Below the pieces are notes generated by a model, which saw nothing but the letters and a program-made list of their open reading frames with translations, was not told the origin of the DNA and searched no databases. A stretch of DNA of 59,334 nt, counting the filler, from Catajapyx aquilonaris (Eukaryota), in assembly GCA_000934665.2 (NCBI GenBank). It is 2 parts of 2 records of this genome, joined end to end, with 100 filler letters (N's around TTAATTAATTAA, not from the genome) between each part and the next. Parts side by side here need not be neighbours in the genome. Positions count along the whole stretch, not along the records: positions 1 to 29,724 come from JYFJ02004781.1; 1 more part is not named here. The stretch is one strand, 5' to 3'. The translations under genes were made by a program, and so were the position numbers. Of the stretch, positions 1 through 12,971 are shown piece by piece. Every line of letters starts with the position of its first letter. Position 1 is the first letter of the stretch.

Positions 1-900
1 ATACAACGGCGTAAGTCCGACGTCTCTCCGACCTCGGGAAGTGGGAGATCTTTTCCATCCTATATCCTCCTCGGATTGGGGCTTTATATATATTAGATAT
101 ATGCTTTTGTTTTCAGCTGGACCAGCTTCCTGACTCACGATTGGCCAATTAATAATCCGGGATAGGTTTGTTTTTGCGCCGATACGTACGCCAGGCTGCC
201 AAATACAAGGTGGTTTTGCGCTTGACGGCTGCCGATGGGCCTTAGGGAAAACCGGGTGCAGAAGACAATTCACTTGCAGCCCTTCGCAATGTCGCTTCCG
301 GGTGTGCGTGTACCTCATTTTTTGTTAGTAAACAAGAGTAGCTTGCAGGCACAGGGGAAAAATTGGCGCTTTGTACTCATACGGTGCAAAAGCCGCAGGT
401 GCCTGCTCAAACACTTGAGAGCTTGGGACCTTTACACTGGTTTTGCGATATGCACATGAGCAGGTACAGTCATCGGGCTCGGCTTTGTGATTTAAATTCT
501 TGTGTCGCCATCAAAAGACTGCAGGTTGTTCAAAAATTGTTAACATCAAACGAACACTCGGGACAATGGCATTTTTTTTAGAGTCGCATTAAGTGCAGGG
601 AGGCTGAATTAGCACCGGTGCAGTGACACTACAAACGACCATGCAACGTAGGTAGAGTATCGCTTAAAAGTCGGATGGCCCACCCTGTTTGGATGATAAG
701 ACGCACGTTTAAAAAGCGACCGAATCTGACACCCTGTTTTGTTTCCAAAAAAAAAAATTGTTTTGCTTAGAATGACTTTTCTTTCATAAATCTATCGATA
801 TGGAATAGATTTCCATTCTGTCCTTATCGTGCTGGAACACATTTGGCTTTCCGAAAAGTTTCACAAGCCGATGGTGCGTGCTGCTCTGGATCAACGGTAC

Positions 901-958
901 GGATGCATGGATGGATGGACGGATGGGATGGATGAATGGATGGACGGATGAATGGATA
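901..958. repeat. Degenerate (GGAT)n microsatellite
   Basis: ggatgcatggatggatggacggatgggatggatgaatggatggacggatgaatggat. Confidence 0.8.
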
Positions 959-3534
959 AGAGGGACAGAGATGGTTGAATAGAGTCGGTCCATATTCTGA
1001 GGTACATTTTTAGTGTATCCCTTGCCCCCTTTGGGAGGAAAGAACCTGATTATGCCAATGGTGCGTGTACGGCAAACACCGATAGCTTCCTGGAACTTCG
1101 TACTGGCTGGATTTGCTGGTTCATTTGGTAATTAAAGGATGATTGGCGCGCCTGATAGGATTCATCATTAATCCAGACTTTCAAATACAGCGTTACAATA
1201 AATTGAATGGTCTAGTTACTGGCAGCCATTTTAAAATCGAGACATTCGTGCAAATAATCTTGCTACATACCTATACCCCGCACAACATTGAATTGTGCTT
1301 TTGAAAAGCGATGCGACCTGAGAGTTTATTGAGATCCTCACAAAGTGTTTGATTTGTGCAACTCTAGAAACCCTTTTGCCGAAGGGCCTGGCGGTTGTAA
1401 AGCCTCTCAGACTGAGACCCCTGAACCAGCATAGTCTGTTGGGAAGAATTTTCAACAAACAAAGTATCTCTTATAGCCTTAAAGGTTGTCTAAAGGGCGT
1501 ACAGAGCGCATATTATTAACTCTTAGATGAAAATATGCCATGGATACTGCGTCTTGATGACAACATTGTTGATTGTAATATTATGGTAACGAAATACGAA
1601 ATAGGATAGCTTACTTAGCATTACTTACGTGAAACAATCAAGTCTGTGACCTGTAATAGCCCTCATGCAGCAATGTAATAGCACATGTGTGAACATTGCA
1701 GTACTTCTACATTTATGTTGGAAGCTCATTTATGCGAGGTCTGTTTGAAAATGTCTGCATAGAGCTCATATTTAATTCCTTGAAAAGCTTATTATTACTG
1801 TACACACTTAACCCGCTTCGTTAAATCTCTGTTCAGTTCAACCGCAGGACAACAAAGTTGTACTGTACCTGATACCGATCACGCCAAAGGCATTCTAGTG
1901 TTTATGATAGTAATTTATTATATCTATTCCCTGGTTCTATCCACAGAATGAGAACTTAGGTAAAAAGTTAAATATTCGTCAATTTAATGTCGCAATGTGA
2001 CCATACACACCGGTTTTCAGAAAACACCAGCCCTGAAACTTTTCCACAACGTTTTTTTTTAGTCGGTGAACATACCCTGGTAAAACAAGTTGTGAACCGC
2101 AGAAAGGAAAGTAGTCTGATGGCCATTTGCTTCAAGAGAGAGTCGTTTAAACTCGCTCTCTGTGGTCACTGCCGCCATTTTTCTGCCTAATAGGAAAGGC
2201 GTCTGCGCTGGATTCCAACCAAAGTTCGAACTTTGGGTCAGCTCATCTGGAAAACAATCCTGAAAGGGCACTTTGCTCCTTCCCCATAGTTGCTGCTATA
2301 GGTCATCCCACAGTTCCCCAGCACACAGTTGTTTTTCGGTTCCCCCCCAAAAAATATCCCTCCCCATAATGCACTTCCTGATGGCAATGGAATTCACATG
2401 GGGAATATATGTAACAGAAAAGTTGGTCCAGATTCGAAGGGGAGCTCACGATATCTTCACAAGACATGTATTTTTTTCTGCAGTTCTCTTTTTTTTCTCC
2501 TCTTCCTTTTGATGCGAAGTGTGGTAGCGTCGGGGATTGCTGATTGGCCATAGAGCTGGAGGAAAGATCCGAGTGGCCGTGTTGAGCAGCCACAGACGGC
2601 AAGTTGGGGGGGAGCCCTCGCCGTGAAACTTTATTTTTTCCCCGCGAGAATCGCGCCTCCAGATTGCGCGTTTTTCACCGATAAATTTCATTCCAGAAAT
2701 CGTTCGCTTCCGAGGAATCCGTCCGTCTTCTCCAAGTTTTTCAGGAAGCCTTCTTGCCTTTTTCGGATTTCCTTCGATGAACTTTTTTTTCACAGCCCAC
2801 TGCACTCACCTTGATTTTTCTGGGTGTTCCCCCCCCCCCCCCCCNCCCCCCCCCCCAGAATTTGCGTTGAAAATGCTTTCACGCAAATTAAAATAGTGCA
2901 TGTTGGAATATAATCCTTGATGTGTAGACACTAGTAATTAAATTACTCACAGAAGACTAGCCTCCCCTTAGCCTTAGGCTACAACACGACCTGTACTGTC
3001 TGAATACGTTCTGGGACTCACAAAGGAGACCAGAATCCCACTTCTGACACCACGTATGTGATTGAAATGCACCTGACACGTTGATGTCTGATGTCTTTAT
3101 CCCACTTCTGACACCACTTATCGGTTACAAAGCTGGAAGCCTCCACACCATCTAACGGCCAAACTCCCAACTTGCAATCTAGTAGACATGGGGGATGTCA
3201 CAACTTCTAGTGACTTCCAAAAAAGCCACGTCCGCGATTCGTATAGGTGTCCCAGTCGATACACGTTCCTTATTTATGTGGCGTACATCCATGTACCCTA
3301 TATCTCGACGGTGGAAGAAATTCACTCGTCGGCTGCCTCCCATTTCCATAATTTATCCTTAGTCCAGATGGCAAAATGGGCCAACATCTGCGGTGATAAA
3401 TCCAAGTTGAAGGCTCAGCTGCGAAGGGATGATCCAGATCTGGCCAACTCACGCACATAAATCCCATTAAGGCGACACTCCGCACGCCCTCCCTTTCAAT
3501 CTCTGCTCCGAAACCGTACTATATCCTATATCTC

Positions 3535-3538
<4 letters not shown>

Positions 3539-3599
<61 letters not shown>
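3539..3599. repeat. (TTA)n microsatellite
   Basis: About 20 uninterrupted units; source of the poly-N ORF 3526..3762. Confidence 0.95.
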
Positions 3600-6500
3600 C
3601 TCGGAGAATATCACAACTTGCCACAACTCTATCTAGCGGGAGGTGTGTCACAGTTTCCAGGCAGGTAGTGTCGTATCCATCATCCTTGGTATACTGAGAT
3701 ACATTCCGCATTCGAAAGAGTGGTTGGTGTGCTGGCTGCTGCAGGTCCGGGTGAAATTCCAATAGTGCAAAGAGAAGGGAGATAGGGAATAGGGTGTTGC
3801 GAGGACATTCGGATGCAAACGGAAAACCGATAAGCCTGGCCTCTCCGAAACCGTGGCCGCGGGTGCTCTGTCTTCACTCGACCACTTCTTTTTCCCTCCA
3901 AACTTTCTTTCCATTCAAGGGGGGAGGATATATACGGATGGCCCTAGAAATTCCAGGACTTACTATTACGTGCAGGAATCGGTGCGATGACGTTTTGGTA
4001 TGTAAGGAAGTTTGTTCGAGACAAGAATGTAATGCAACCCAAAGGTACAGGAATCCCCCCCGCGTGTACATGCGCGTGGAGTCAAGATTGTTGAGATAAA
4101 GAATCAATACTACCAGTGAGGGGTGGTCCTACCGGTTGGTTGCCAAATATTAAGCAGGATGTATCCTATGGGGGGGGGGGGGTATTTTTGTACCCCATGA
4201 TTTGGTGCAGCACACTGCGGCTGGGCTTTCTCTAATGAGGCGCATCGCAAAACTCCATCAGTCCATTTGGTTTATGCATGGTTCGTAGCCTCGTGCATTC
4301 AGTTTACAAACGCATATGTCCATAAAACATATACTTGAACGGAAAGTGGGGCAAGCTTCAATAAATAATTATCTCATTATCTAAGCGAAGGGGGTACGGA
4401 ATTGTCACATTTTAGAATACCGAAGGAATATTGGGCAAACCTCGTCAGCCAGGATTGTCTCCATCAACCTCCGAGAAGCAGTGAGCCGTTGTGCCCAAGC
4501 CACATGCAGCAACTCTCTTTTACTGGTGCTTCCTAGCAGCCAGAAGCCGCGACGAGTAATTAATAAAATTAATTAGCGAGTTATAAACTAATAGGAGCTG
4601 TTTGCCGTGAAGGGCAGGAGAGTTGCCGCAAATTAATTATGGACCGAGTTTTGGGCATTTGCGCCCATGTTGCCAGTTGAGGGGGGATGTTTGGCAGGCC
4701 CCTCTAACCCAAACTCTGGGAAGTGCTGTACTAAAACTCTTGTCTTGTCTGGGCTAGTTGGGAGGACAGCGTGGCACCCAAATCGCAAAATCGTGTTCCG
4801 GATGATATAATCGCCAATTGAGGGCGGGGGGCGCAAATTGAAAGAGCGATAAAAAGGGAGGGAATGAGTCGTAAATGGCGTGAGCGAGCTTATGATGCGG
4901 ACTGGCTGCGGCCACTGCATTCATCGCATATGCGTATGACGCACATTGTCTTCTCTAGGTCGCACATGGTCCAGTAATACATCGGTTGGCAACAACCTCG
5001 TGTCCGACTGTCTCACGACTCACTACACCCCTACCCTACGCCATCTATTGGCAAACCTGCCAACTAACTCTCAAATGTGTCACCTTACTTAAAGAAAATC
5101 GAAAATGGCTCGCCACAATTTGGTGCCACATTGTTCTGTACATTATGGAAGGTAACGCTGCGATTCATGTGCACCGGAGTGTTGCTCCATGTCCGTCGCG
5201 CTCAAAACTGAATGAAAAGTGGGTGGCGGTACGGCGGAATGGTTGCAACCGGAAACCAGAGGCCTGAAATTTAATGACCATGGGAATCAGTGATTGTTCC
5301 TTGCGTGACAAAGCCTCCCCCATTTTTTTTGTGTGTGACTTTCGGCAATGGTTACAAAAGGGCCCGCAGCGACACGTGATATCCGAACTGAATGTATGGG
5401 GAGATGGCTGTTCTGTTGCCTTCTCATTTGACGGTGCATACCGCATTATTTTTATGCGGTACGTCTCTCTCTCCCTGCGAATCGTGCATAAATGAACAGC
5501 TCTGGTATTAACCCTAGTAGGTCGATATCAGGGGTTGGAATATTTGCAGTAGAGGGTAAAGGGGATCCACAGGTTCTTCCTTTCTCTTGGCCCCAAACTC
5601 GATCCGCAAGGTCAACACACTCAAAAGTTACCGCAGAAAATCTCCGACGTAATTCAAAAGGCACACAAGCCTGACTCCGTGTCCACCCTCTCAGGTCTCC
5701 TCGTGTTTACCTTTCCGGACTACTGCTCTCTGTCTCTCTCTATCTCTAGGAAAGGGGGGTTCTAGGAGTTCTAGTCTCCCCCCCCCCCCTGCAAAAATTT
5801 GTGCCAGAGGAAGCGGGTAGATGTTGACCCCGCTGTAGCATCGCCGTGACAAATCTCTTCAGCGGTGGTGGGGGGGGGGGGGGTTGGTGGGGATGGTGGG
5901 TAGGGAATTACATCACGTACATGCCCGTAGGTGGGGTTTTTGCATGTGGTGGGTTCATAATCCCTATATCCCCTACCTCCATGGTCTGCGTCCAACATTT
6001 TTAGCTCATACGTGAGATGAGAAAACTAAGCTTGCAGAAATGCATTTTTGTGATTGCACTTTCTGTGTATGTGGTGTACTACATAGTGCAATGAATATTG
6101 GTTCTTTTCGAAGCGGATCGAAAATGATCGCTTTTAAACAGTTTCACACACGTGAAAGCTGCGTCATTTTTCGACACTGCTTTCAAAGAGTGGAAGGACG
6201 TTAATTAATAAATATCCTACACTGCAGCTGTTCTGGACCAGACCGTTTAATTAGTTCACTCTCCTCGTCAATTACCCTTTTCAATGAGGTAAAAAGTCAT
6301 TAGTGATCAAAAATAAGCTGTAAGCGGTTCGTTAGAGCCTCGGTTTCCACGAGAATCTCAAAAACCGTTTGAAAATCCGTTAGAAATTTTTGTTACTATA
6401 TTTTTTACCTGGATTGTGAGGCCCAACGTCTGCAGTGCAATCCACTGCGGCAAGGTGGTATGACAACTAACTGTCAGAAAAGGTTTCAAATGATTGAGCA

Positions 6501-7027
6501 AACGTCAAACAATCCCCCGCCCATGCCGTGCCCCCCATGTTTCTCCCCGTTGAATCCGCTGCTTCTGCGGTGTGCTGCAGTGAATGCAGTGGGCATGAGG
6601 GAGCCTGTAGAGCGCTAAATCCCGCGGAGGAAATTAGCTGTCATCCAGAGGAAATATTTCCCAACGAAGCGAAGTGTATTTGCCAGCAAATTGGCTTGGA
6701 AAAGGGAAGGAAAGGGGAAGTGAAGGGACGTGGTAGGCAGCAGTGTAAGGCTTGTACACTATATATATATAGGATAGGAAGGGGTTTGGATTACAACATT
6801 ACAGGCCCAGCAGGAATAGTGAGCTTGAAATACCTCCTGCTGCTTGCTACCTACCTCTTACGTCTCACTTTCCTCGCACGTCGACTCCACTTGTTGCCAC
6901 TCTTGCACCTCTTGGCATCTTCTTGCCAAAATATGCAGATGTGCAGAAGCGCCAAGTCTTTCGACACACAGCACAAACTGGCTTATACTGATTCATGCCA
7001 AGAAATACAGTCCACACATCGGATTAA

Positions 7028-7246
7028 TCCAGTTTAGGCGAGTTCATTCCTGTTCAGTCCGGTTCAGGCGAGTTCATTCGTGTCGAATCCAGTTTGAGCC
7101 AGTTCGCTCCTGCTCATTCCGGTTTGAGCCTGTTCGCTCCTGTTCAATCCGGCTTAGGCCAGCTCATTCTTGTTCAGGCCAGTTCGCTCGTGCTCACACC
7201 GGTTCAGTCTGGTTTATTCCAGATTTATCTAGTTTGTACCGGTTAG
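7028..7246. repeat. Degenerate minisatellite, 10-bp unit with 30-bp higher-order period
   Basis: CC(A/G/T)GTT(C/T)-like cores recur every 10 nt and translate as RRVHSCSVRF-type repeats in ORF 6844..7266. Confidence 0.8.
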
Positions 7247-7753
7247 TGCTATACATATACCATTGAAGGTGGCGAAGGTGGCAAGGCAGACCAAGGAAAA
7301 GGTGAAAAGGGATCGACGAAGTGAAAAAGGGGCTCGGAGGCTCCGATTTGCGAGAGTCCAAACGAGAAGCAATGGCCTGGAACCGGCGTGAATTATTCAG
7401 GAGCGGATCTCCTTGCACTTGATTGGCCCGCAGATAGCTGCAGCTCCTCTTTTTATAGACGGCTTGTATATTTACAGCCGGAGAGAAAAGAGATGGAGAG
7501 GAAAGAAAGAGAGGCCGTTATGAAGGCGGGAGAGAGAAAAAAACAGTTCGTGTTCCCTTTTTTTTATGAATACTTTGGCAGCCACCGCCTTTTTTTTGCT
7601 ATAGGCTTCTAAGTATTCAGGGTGGGGCAACATTGGACAAACACAGCTTTTCTTTCTGACTGATTGGGTTGCAATGTTAATTTTGTACATTGTTTTTATC
7701 ATGAAAGTTGAACGTTTGTAGATAACAACAATATGTGTTTCAGAGAACTGGCC

Positions 7754-7853
7754 ATGAAGAGGTGGTGCTTTTGGACTGTGGGTGACGCCGCGGCTCTCTT
7801 CTCCTGCCTGATCTGGTGGTGCTTCTGCCTGTGTTGCTGTTCGGCTCATCCTG
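7754..7853 (+). CDS. SMPDL3: SMPDL3-family phosphodiesterase, coding exon 1 (signal peptide)
   Basis: GCCATG start at 7754 encodes hydrophobic MKRWCFWTVGDAAALFSCLIWWCFCLCCCSAHP-G. The donor G|GTGAGT at 7854 is phase 1, matching exon 2. An upstream acceptor tgtgtttcag ending at 7743 implies an earlier non-coding exon. Linkage to exon 2 is inferred from phase and from the need for a signal peptide. Confidence 0.7.
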
Positions 7854-8693
7854 GTGAGTACCTTCATTTTTCATCAGGTCCTTCCCAGGTCCTCCTTTTC
7901 GTCGTCGTCCTTCAACATGGGCTAGCCCTTCCACCTCCCCCCTTTAGTATATCGTGCGGGGGTGAATAAGGCCTCGGAATCCCCGGGAGAGGGAGAGAGA
8001 CCAGTGGTGCTGCTGGTGTGCGCGGCAAAGGCTGGGGCGCCCAAAAAGAGGCCTCCCTGCAAGTCAATATCCTGTTTGGGCAGGTCGCCTGCCGGGATGC
8101 AGGAAATTGAATTACAGGCAGTGGCGAGAGGAGGGTGTAGGCAGCACCAGCGCAGGGGGAAGGGTGGGGAGGGAAGGCCAACCCTCGCCCGGCAAATAAT
8201 CCGTTGGGGAGGGGGGGGGGGGNTCCAGTTGCTCCAGGGCCCTTTGCATGTGATGGTGACATACCTGCTGGAACCACAAAAAAATCATGAAAATTGTATT
8301 TTTTAAATCAAATAAGTAAGCACACTGATCTAAAATTACCCCCCCCCCCCTCCAAAAAAAAAACGAGACTATTTGGGAACCTCCTGCAAAACCCGTTACT
8401 GAGACCCCCAGCACTCCGGGCGTCGTTTCATGGACTGCGTCTCGGGGAATCTGAAGATTGCGATCCAGGTGGAAAGCAAGGAGATAGTCCCGGCTGTAAT
8501 CTGGTCTAGGTGTGTGACAGTCTCGTTGGAATGGAGATTGAATCGGTGTAATCCCCTGCAGAGAAGAGACCCGCCAGTGCTCCGGATAGGTTGAGGCTGC
8601 CTACTTTTAATTATTTTCTCTGCGGCGACAGCAGATCGAGAGTCCTTCTGGAGAAGTGTGGCTCTCCTGGATGGATTCGATTGGTGCAGGGTT

Positions 8694-8725
<32 letters not shown>

Positions 8726-8733
8726 GAGAGAGA
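8694..8733. repeat. (GA)n microsatellite
   Basis: GA run with two interruptions. Similar shorter (CT)n runs occur near 33721, 42701, 43122 and 58742. Confidence 0.85.
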
Positions 8734-9158
8734 AAAAAAGTGCGAAGCGAATGGCGCCGTAAAACTGCGGGCGTAGCAGCGCGACAGCTTCATTACCATA
8801 AATTCTTCTAACGGCCTCTGTGAAAGCGGCCTCTTTGGAAACGCCCTGTACTCCTTGTTGCGCCAGAATTAGAAGGATTTGGCTTGTCGGGGGAAACGGG
8901 GGGCACCGCAGGCCCCCCCTTGACTAAACATGCCTTATGGGCGCATGGAAAGAATCGTGGTTGCCATTCAGTCCAATGTCACCGAATATGACCGCCTTTT
9001 ATAGTTCACAACCCGCTATAGCGGAACGACCCAACTTGCCCAACCCTTACCAAAATCCTCCCGAGCTCGCAAATTGCGACCTGGTTGCTAGGTTGTACAT
9101 CGCGAAATGTGAGCTCGCAACGAGTTCTCCATAATCCGGTTATCCTGGGCGTATGCAA

Positions 9159-10265
9159 CCAGTAGTTCAGTGACGCCATCGACAGAGGGCGCTCTACTGC
9201 TCAACCCCCTCCAGTAGTTCAGTGACGCCGTCGAGCGAGGGCGCTCTGAGCCTCAACCCCAAGGAAACAAAGAAAACTTCCTCTTCATTTTTTCCCCCAT
9301 TTTATTATTGGCCTATACGCTCCGAGCGTGTTGAAATTCTGCAAAGCCCACCAGTTTGCGAGTCTTATTCGTCTGCGTTTCGCTCATGGTCGGAGCGGGA
9401 ATGAAACTTTGCGTCTTCCTATGCAGCATCAATCTTACCCGACTCGGCGGGATTGCCAGCGAGATTTTTTCCCTGTCGTCGGTGATTCTTTCATAGCGGG
9501 GCCACAGATTTTTTTTTTTTTGGAAGGGGGGGGGGGGGNCCCTCGCTTGGTTCTGGCAGCAACTTGCGATAGGGTGGGAATTGCGCCATGGGCAAATTAG
9601 CGGCATCTGAATTGGAAATGGTGGGATGGGTGTCTGTGCGGATGCGTTTTTCATCTGTTTGTTGGGTATGGAGGGCATAAAGGCAGGCCCAAAAGGACGA
9701 ATCCCAGCGCTTATTGCTCCCTGGCTGCATTTTTTTTTCTTTCTTCTTCTCTGGGGAGGAACCAAGTCGTGAGGCAGTAAACGTCGGCTCGGCGAGCAAA
9801 TAGGAGTGAATCTGCATTATTCGCCATGAATTACGGGCAATCACCAAATGGGTTATGGGCCCAAGGCCTGCTGGGAGGAAGGGGAGAAGAGGGGGGTCCC
9901 TCCCTCCATCCCTCCGCAAATTACACCTTCACCGGAGCTCAAATTATACAGTATTTCCATCTCCTAACGTTCAACCCTCTAACCCCCCTCCTCATTTTAC
10001 AACTATAATTCGCGACCAATGAGGCTTTTGCAACCTTGCGTAGCCAGCAGACATTTTCCTAACGCCGTATTTCTATTGTGCAGTACCTTACTGAACATTG
10101 ATGGTAGACCAGAAATTTCATTTGGCGTGCCTATGGCCTTAAAAACCACTTAAACGGGGCGCGGCGTATTATTTTACAGCGCAGTGTACCGGAATAGTCA
10201 GTAGTTCAGGGACGCTATCGAGAGAGGGCGCTCTGATCATGCTCAACCCCAAGCAAACAAGAAAA
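9159..10265 (+). repeat. Three copies of a ~50-bp unit (9159-9208, 9211-9276, 10199-10265)
   Basis: Shared cagtagttcagtgacgccatcga..gagggcgctct...ctcaacccc sequence. Confidence 0.8.
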
Positions 10266-12804
10266 TTGCCTACCCTGCCACCAGTTTCATTAGGAAAAAT
10301 ATTTAAAAATTACACACAGTCCGTACCAAGTCGCTCTTTAGTTTTATATGAATTGCTCGTTCAACCGCATTAATTTTAATCCGCGCAATTATACCGGGGC
10401 GGTACGGCCTGAAAGAATATTAATCACTCGAATTTTGAGCATACACCGCGTGGTATTGCCACGTCCACACATCGCTTTGGCCAAAAAAACGCCGTACATT
10501 CCTGAATTTTATCTGTTTTACACCCCTCAGTTTATGACGCATGCTTGCTCAGCACGGCTGGCATGGCACAACAACACTTCATAACCCCTCCGAATCGTTA
10601 CCGGGCACCTGACGATACAGTGCTTCAGGACGATTGTTGGCTGCCTTGGGCTGGACCAGGGCTCATCCATCATCCAGTAAGGCAGCCCGTGGAAAAAATA
10701 AACAAAAGCGAACCGGAATGGGAAATATTTGGATTCCCGGAGGCGGTGGCGCTCTGGTGGCGCTGTAAAAAAAAATGGCGCGGCTGGAACTCTGGCTGGA
10801 ATAAACATAAGGCATAGCAATAGCCAGGGACTTTTGGGACCCTGAAGGCTTCTATGGTGCCGCCGGTCCACGTGAGGCATTTCTTTTCGAGGTAGCGGAC
10901 GTGCACCGTCGCTCTTTATTTTCTCTGGGTCCGAAGCCTCGTTACCCTCCCCAACCGGGGCATTTCATTACGATTTTATGAAGCCAGTAGCAGCAGAACT
11001 AAGTCCCAGTGCCTAAGGGCGATTCGAATTTGAAATTCTTTTGTATAAGTTATGCATATTGCGCGTTACATTTGCAATTTAAATGTTTTGAACTGACGTT
11101 TACAATCGTAGGGGGTTACACCTAAGGGGGGGTCGGACTTGTGGATTTGAAACATGGTAAATAACTGTCGACAGGATGTTAATCAGTGCAATTAATGCGA
11201 AGAAATTAGCGGGCAGTACTGTCACACCCTGGCTCATTGTTGGACCGTAGGATGATGGTCATGAAGTCTGAAATATACAGTATTATATGAAATAACAGCA
11301 ATTATCCTTCTGTTGATGGATCCTCGGGGAAAAAGACGGGTTTGGTCTGGGGAGGCTTAATTGGAGGCCAAAGGGCTTGTTTGCAGGCTGCATTGTTGGA
11401 GCAGAAATTGGAAACACAATTATAGGGTAGTTTTTGGTAGCCCCTGGAGCAAAAGCGTGCGTGCACTGTATTTACAGGCTAGGGGTAACATGTTAGAGTA
11501 CAGAATTTTTTTATGCAGTGCTTCAGGTGGATTTAATACAGAACACTGTGAATTTTATCGCATTAAAGTTCTGTTCAAAAAGGATGGCTCGCTTACCCCC
11601 TTGTTGTCGTTATGCCTTTATGCAGCGTCAGGCAACATTGGAGCTGCACGGGCCTATTGATTGCTTTTTTCTGGTCGGCTAATTTTGCAAAAAGCCTGTG
11701 TTTTGCAGTTGAGATCCTGTTACTTGAGAGCCAACGGGGGGTGCCCTATAGTCAATCCTATGTGGGCTGGTTTGGATCGTGTGACCATCAAGGGCCATTT
11801 CATACAATCATGATGAATCTTCTTGTTGTATTACTATACACAGTAGTACGTGGAAATCCCACAGAATTTTTCGGCAACATTGTCTGTAAGGCAGGCGAGA
11901 AAAGAACGTGTTTCAGTCTTGGCTGGGTAGCGCCCAGGCTCTGACGTACTGAATAAATGAGTAAGCTTTCCCTGGACGATCCGAATCTCTGAAATCTCTG
12001 GAAAATCTTTCTCAAATCTGAAAAATATCTATCCCATACCTGCAATCCAGCACATGTAAATATTCCAAGTGTCGTTCCCAAATTGGCGGGTTATTGCAAG
12101 CAGAATAATCGTCGAGAGAAGTGCAAACTCCTTAGAAGGTAGCAGGTGTCGCCATTAAGTATACCTCCAGGCCAAATGGATCAGCGGATCCCTTCAATTG
12201 TTGTATCTATCGTTACATATAATAGGTGAAGGGGGCCGCACCCCCAGCTTCATCTGCTGGGAAATCGGAAATCATTGGCGACGTGAGAAAGCCATTAGAG
12301 TGGTGGGCTGCGCACCCATTCGTCTCTTGAGGAAGAAGGCGATATCTGTCCGCAGAAACTCCCTGCCGCCCTCCATTCACCGCGACACTACTCCTCCATC
12401 AGTATCTATCTCCCCTGCTCCTATCATTACATCAGGACACCCTTCCTTGCGCCACTTGACCGCACTCCCATTCCTACCCTCCAGACTTTTCTTTATTCGT
12501 CTATCTGCCGGCTGGACCCCCCGAACATGCCTCACTATTACTCTCGCACACTGAGTGGATGGCCTCTTTATTCACCAGGGGTGAACCCGGAAAGGCAAGT
12601 CAAATGGATTTACCATTGTGACCTATATGGCGGGAGTGTCCGAATGTGGACTGCAGTCGGGATGCAGCCTGGAGCGAGGCTAGTCTGGGTATCGGTATTA
12701 TACTATTCCACAACATTATCGTAAGAAGTGCTGTGGGGCTCAAATTCTTTTGGCCGCTTTATACTGGTCATGAAGCAACCCTTCACACCTACACACACAC
12801 CGTC

Positions 12805-12971
12805 AAGAATGGCGAAATTGTCACAGGGGCCAATATGCCGGGGGCGAAACGGTGGGGGCGAAAAGTCCCCTTGCAACGCACAGGCGTGGGGTCTGTGCGA
12901 ATGGTTGCTTCAAGGGGATCCGGACTTTTCGCCCCCAGCATATTGGCCCCTGCGACAATTTCTCCATTCTT
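12805..12971. mobile_element. MITE-like element
   Basis: Imperfect TIRs of about 45 bp (aagaatggcgaaattgtcacaggggccaatatgccgggggcgaaa and its reverse complement). No TSD seen. Confidence 0.65.

Noticed and set aside
2828..2856. Single N inside poly-C/poly-G runs (also near 8223, 9539, 21339, 37984, 48491)
   Set aside because: These are assembly ambiguities at homopolymers; run lengths are unreliable.
9159..9276. Repeat units as a possible CRISPR array
   Set aside because: There are only two adjacent units with no spacers, no cas genes, and the context is a eukaryotic intron.
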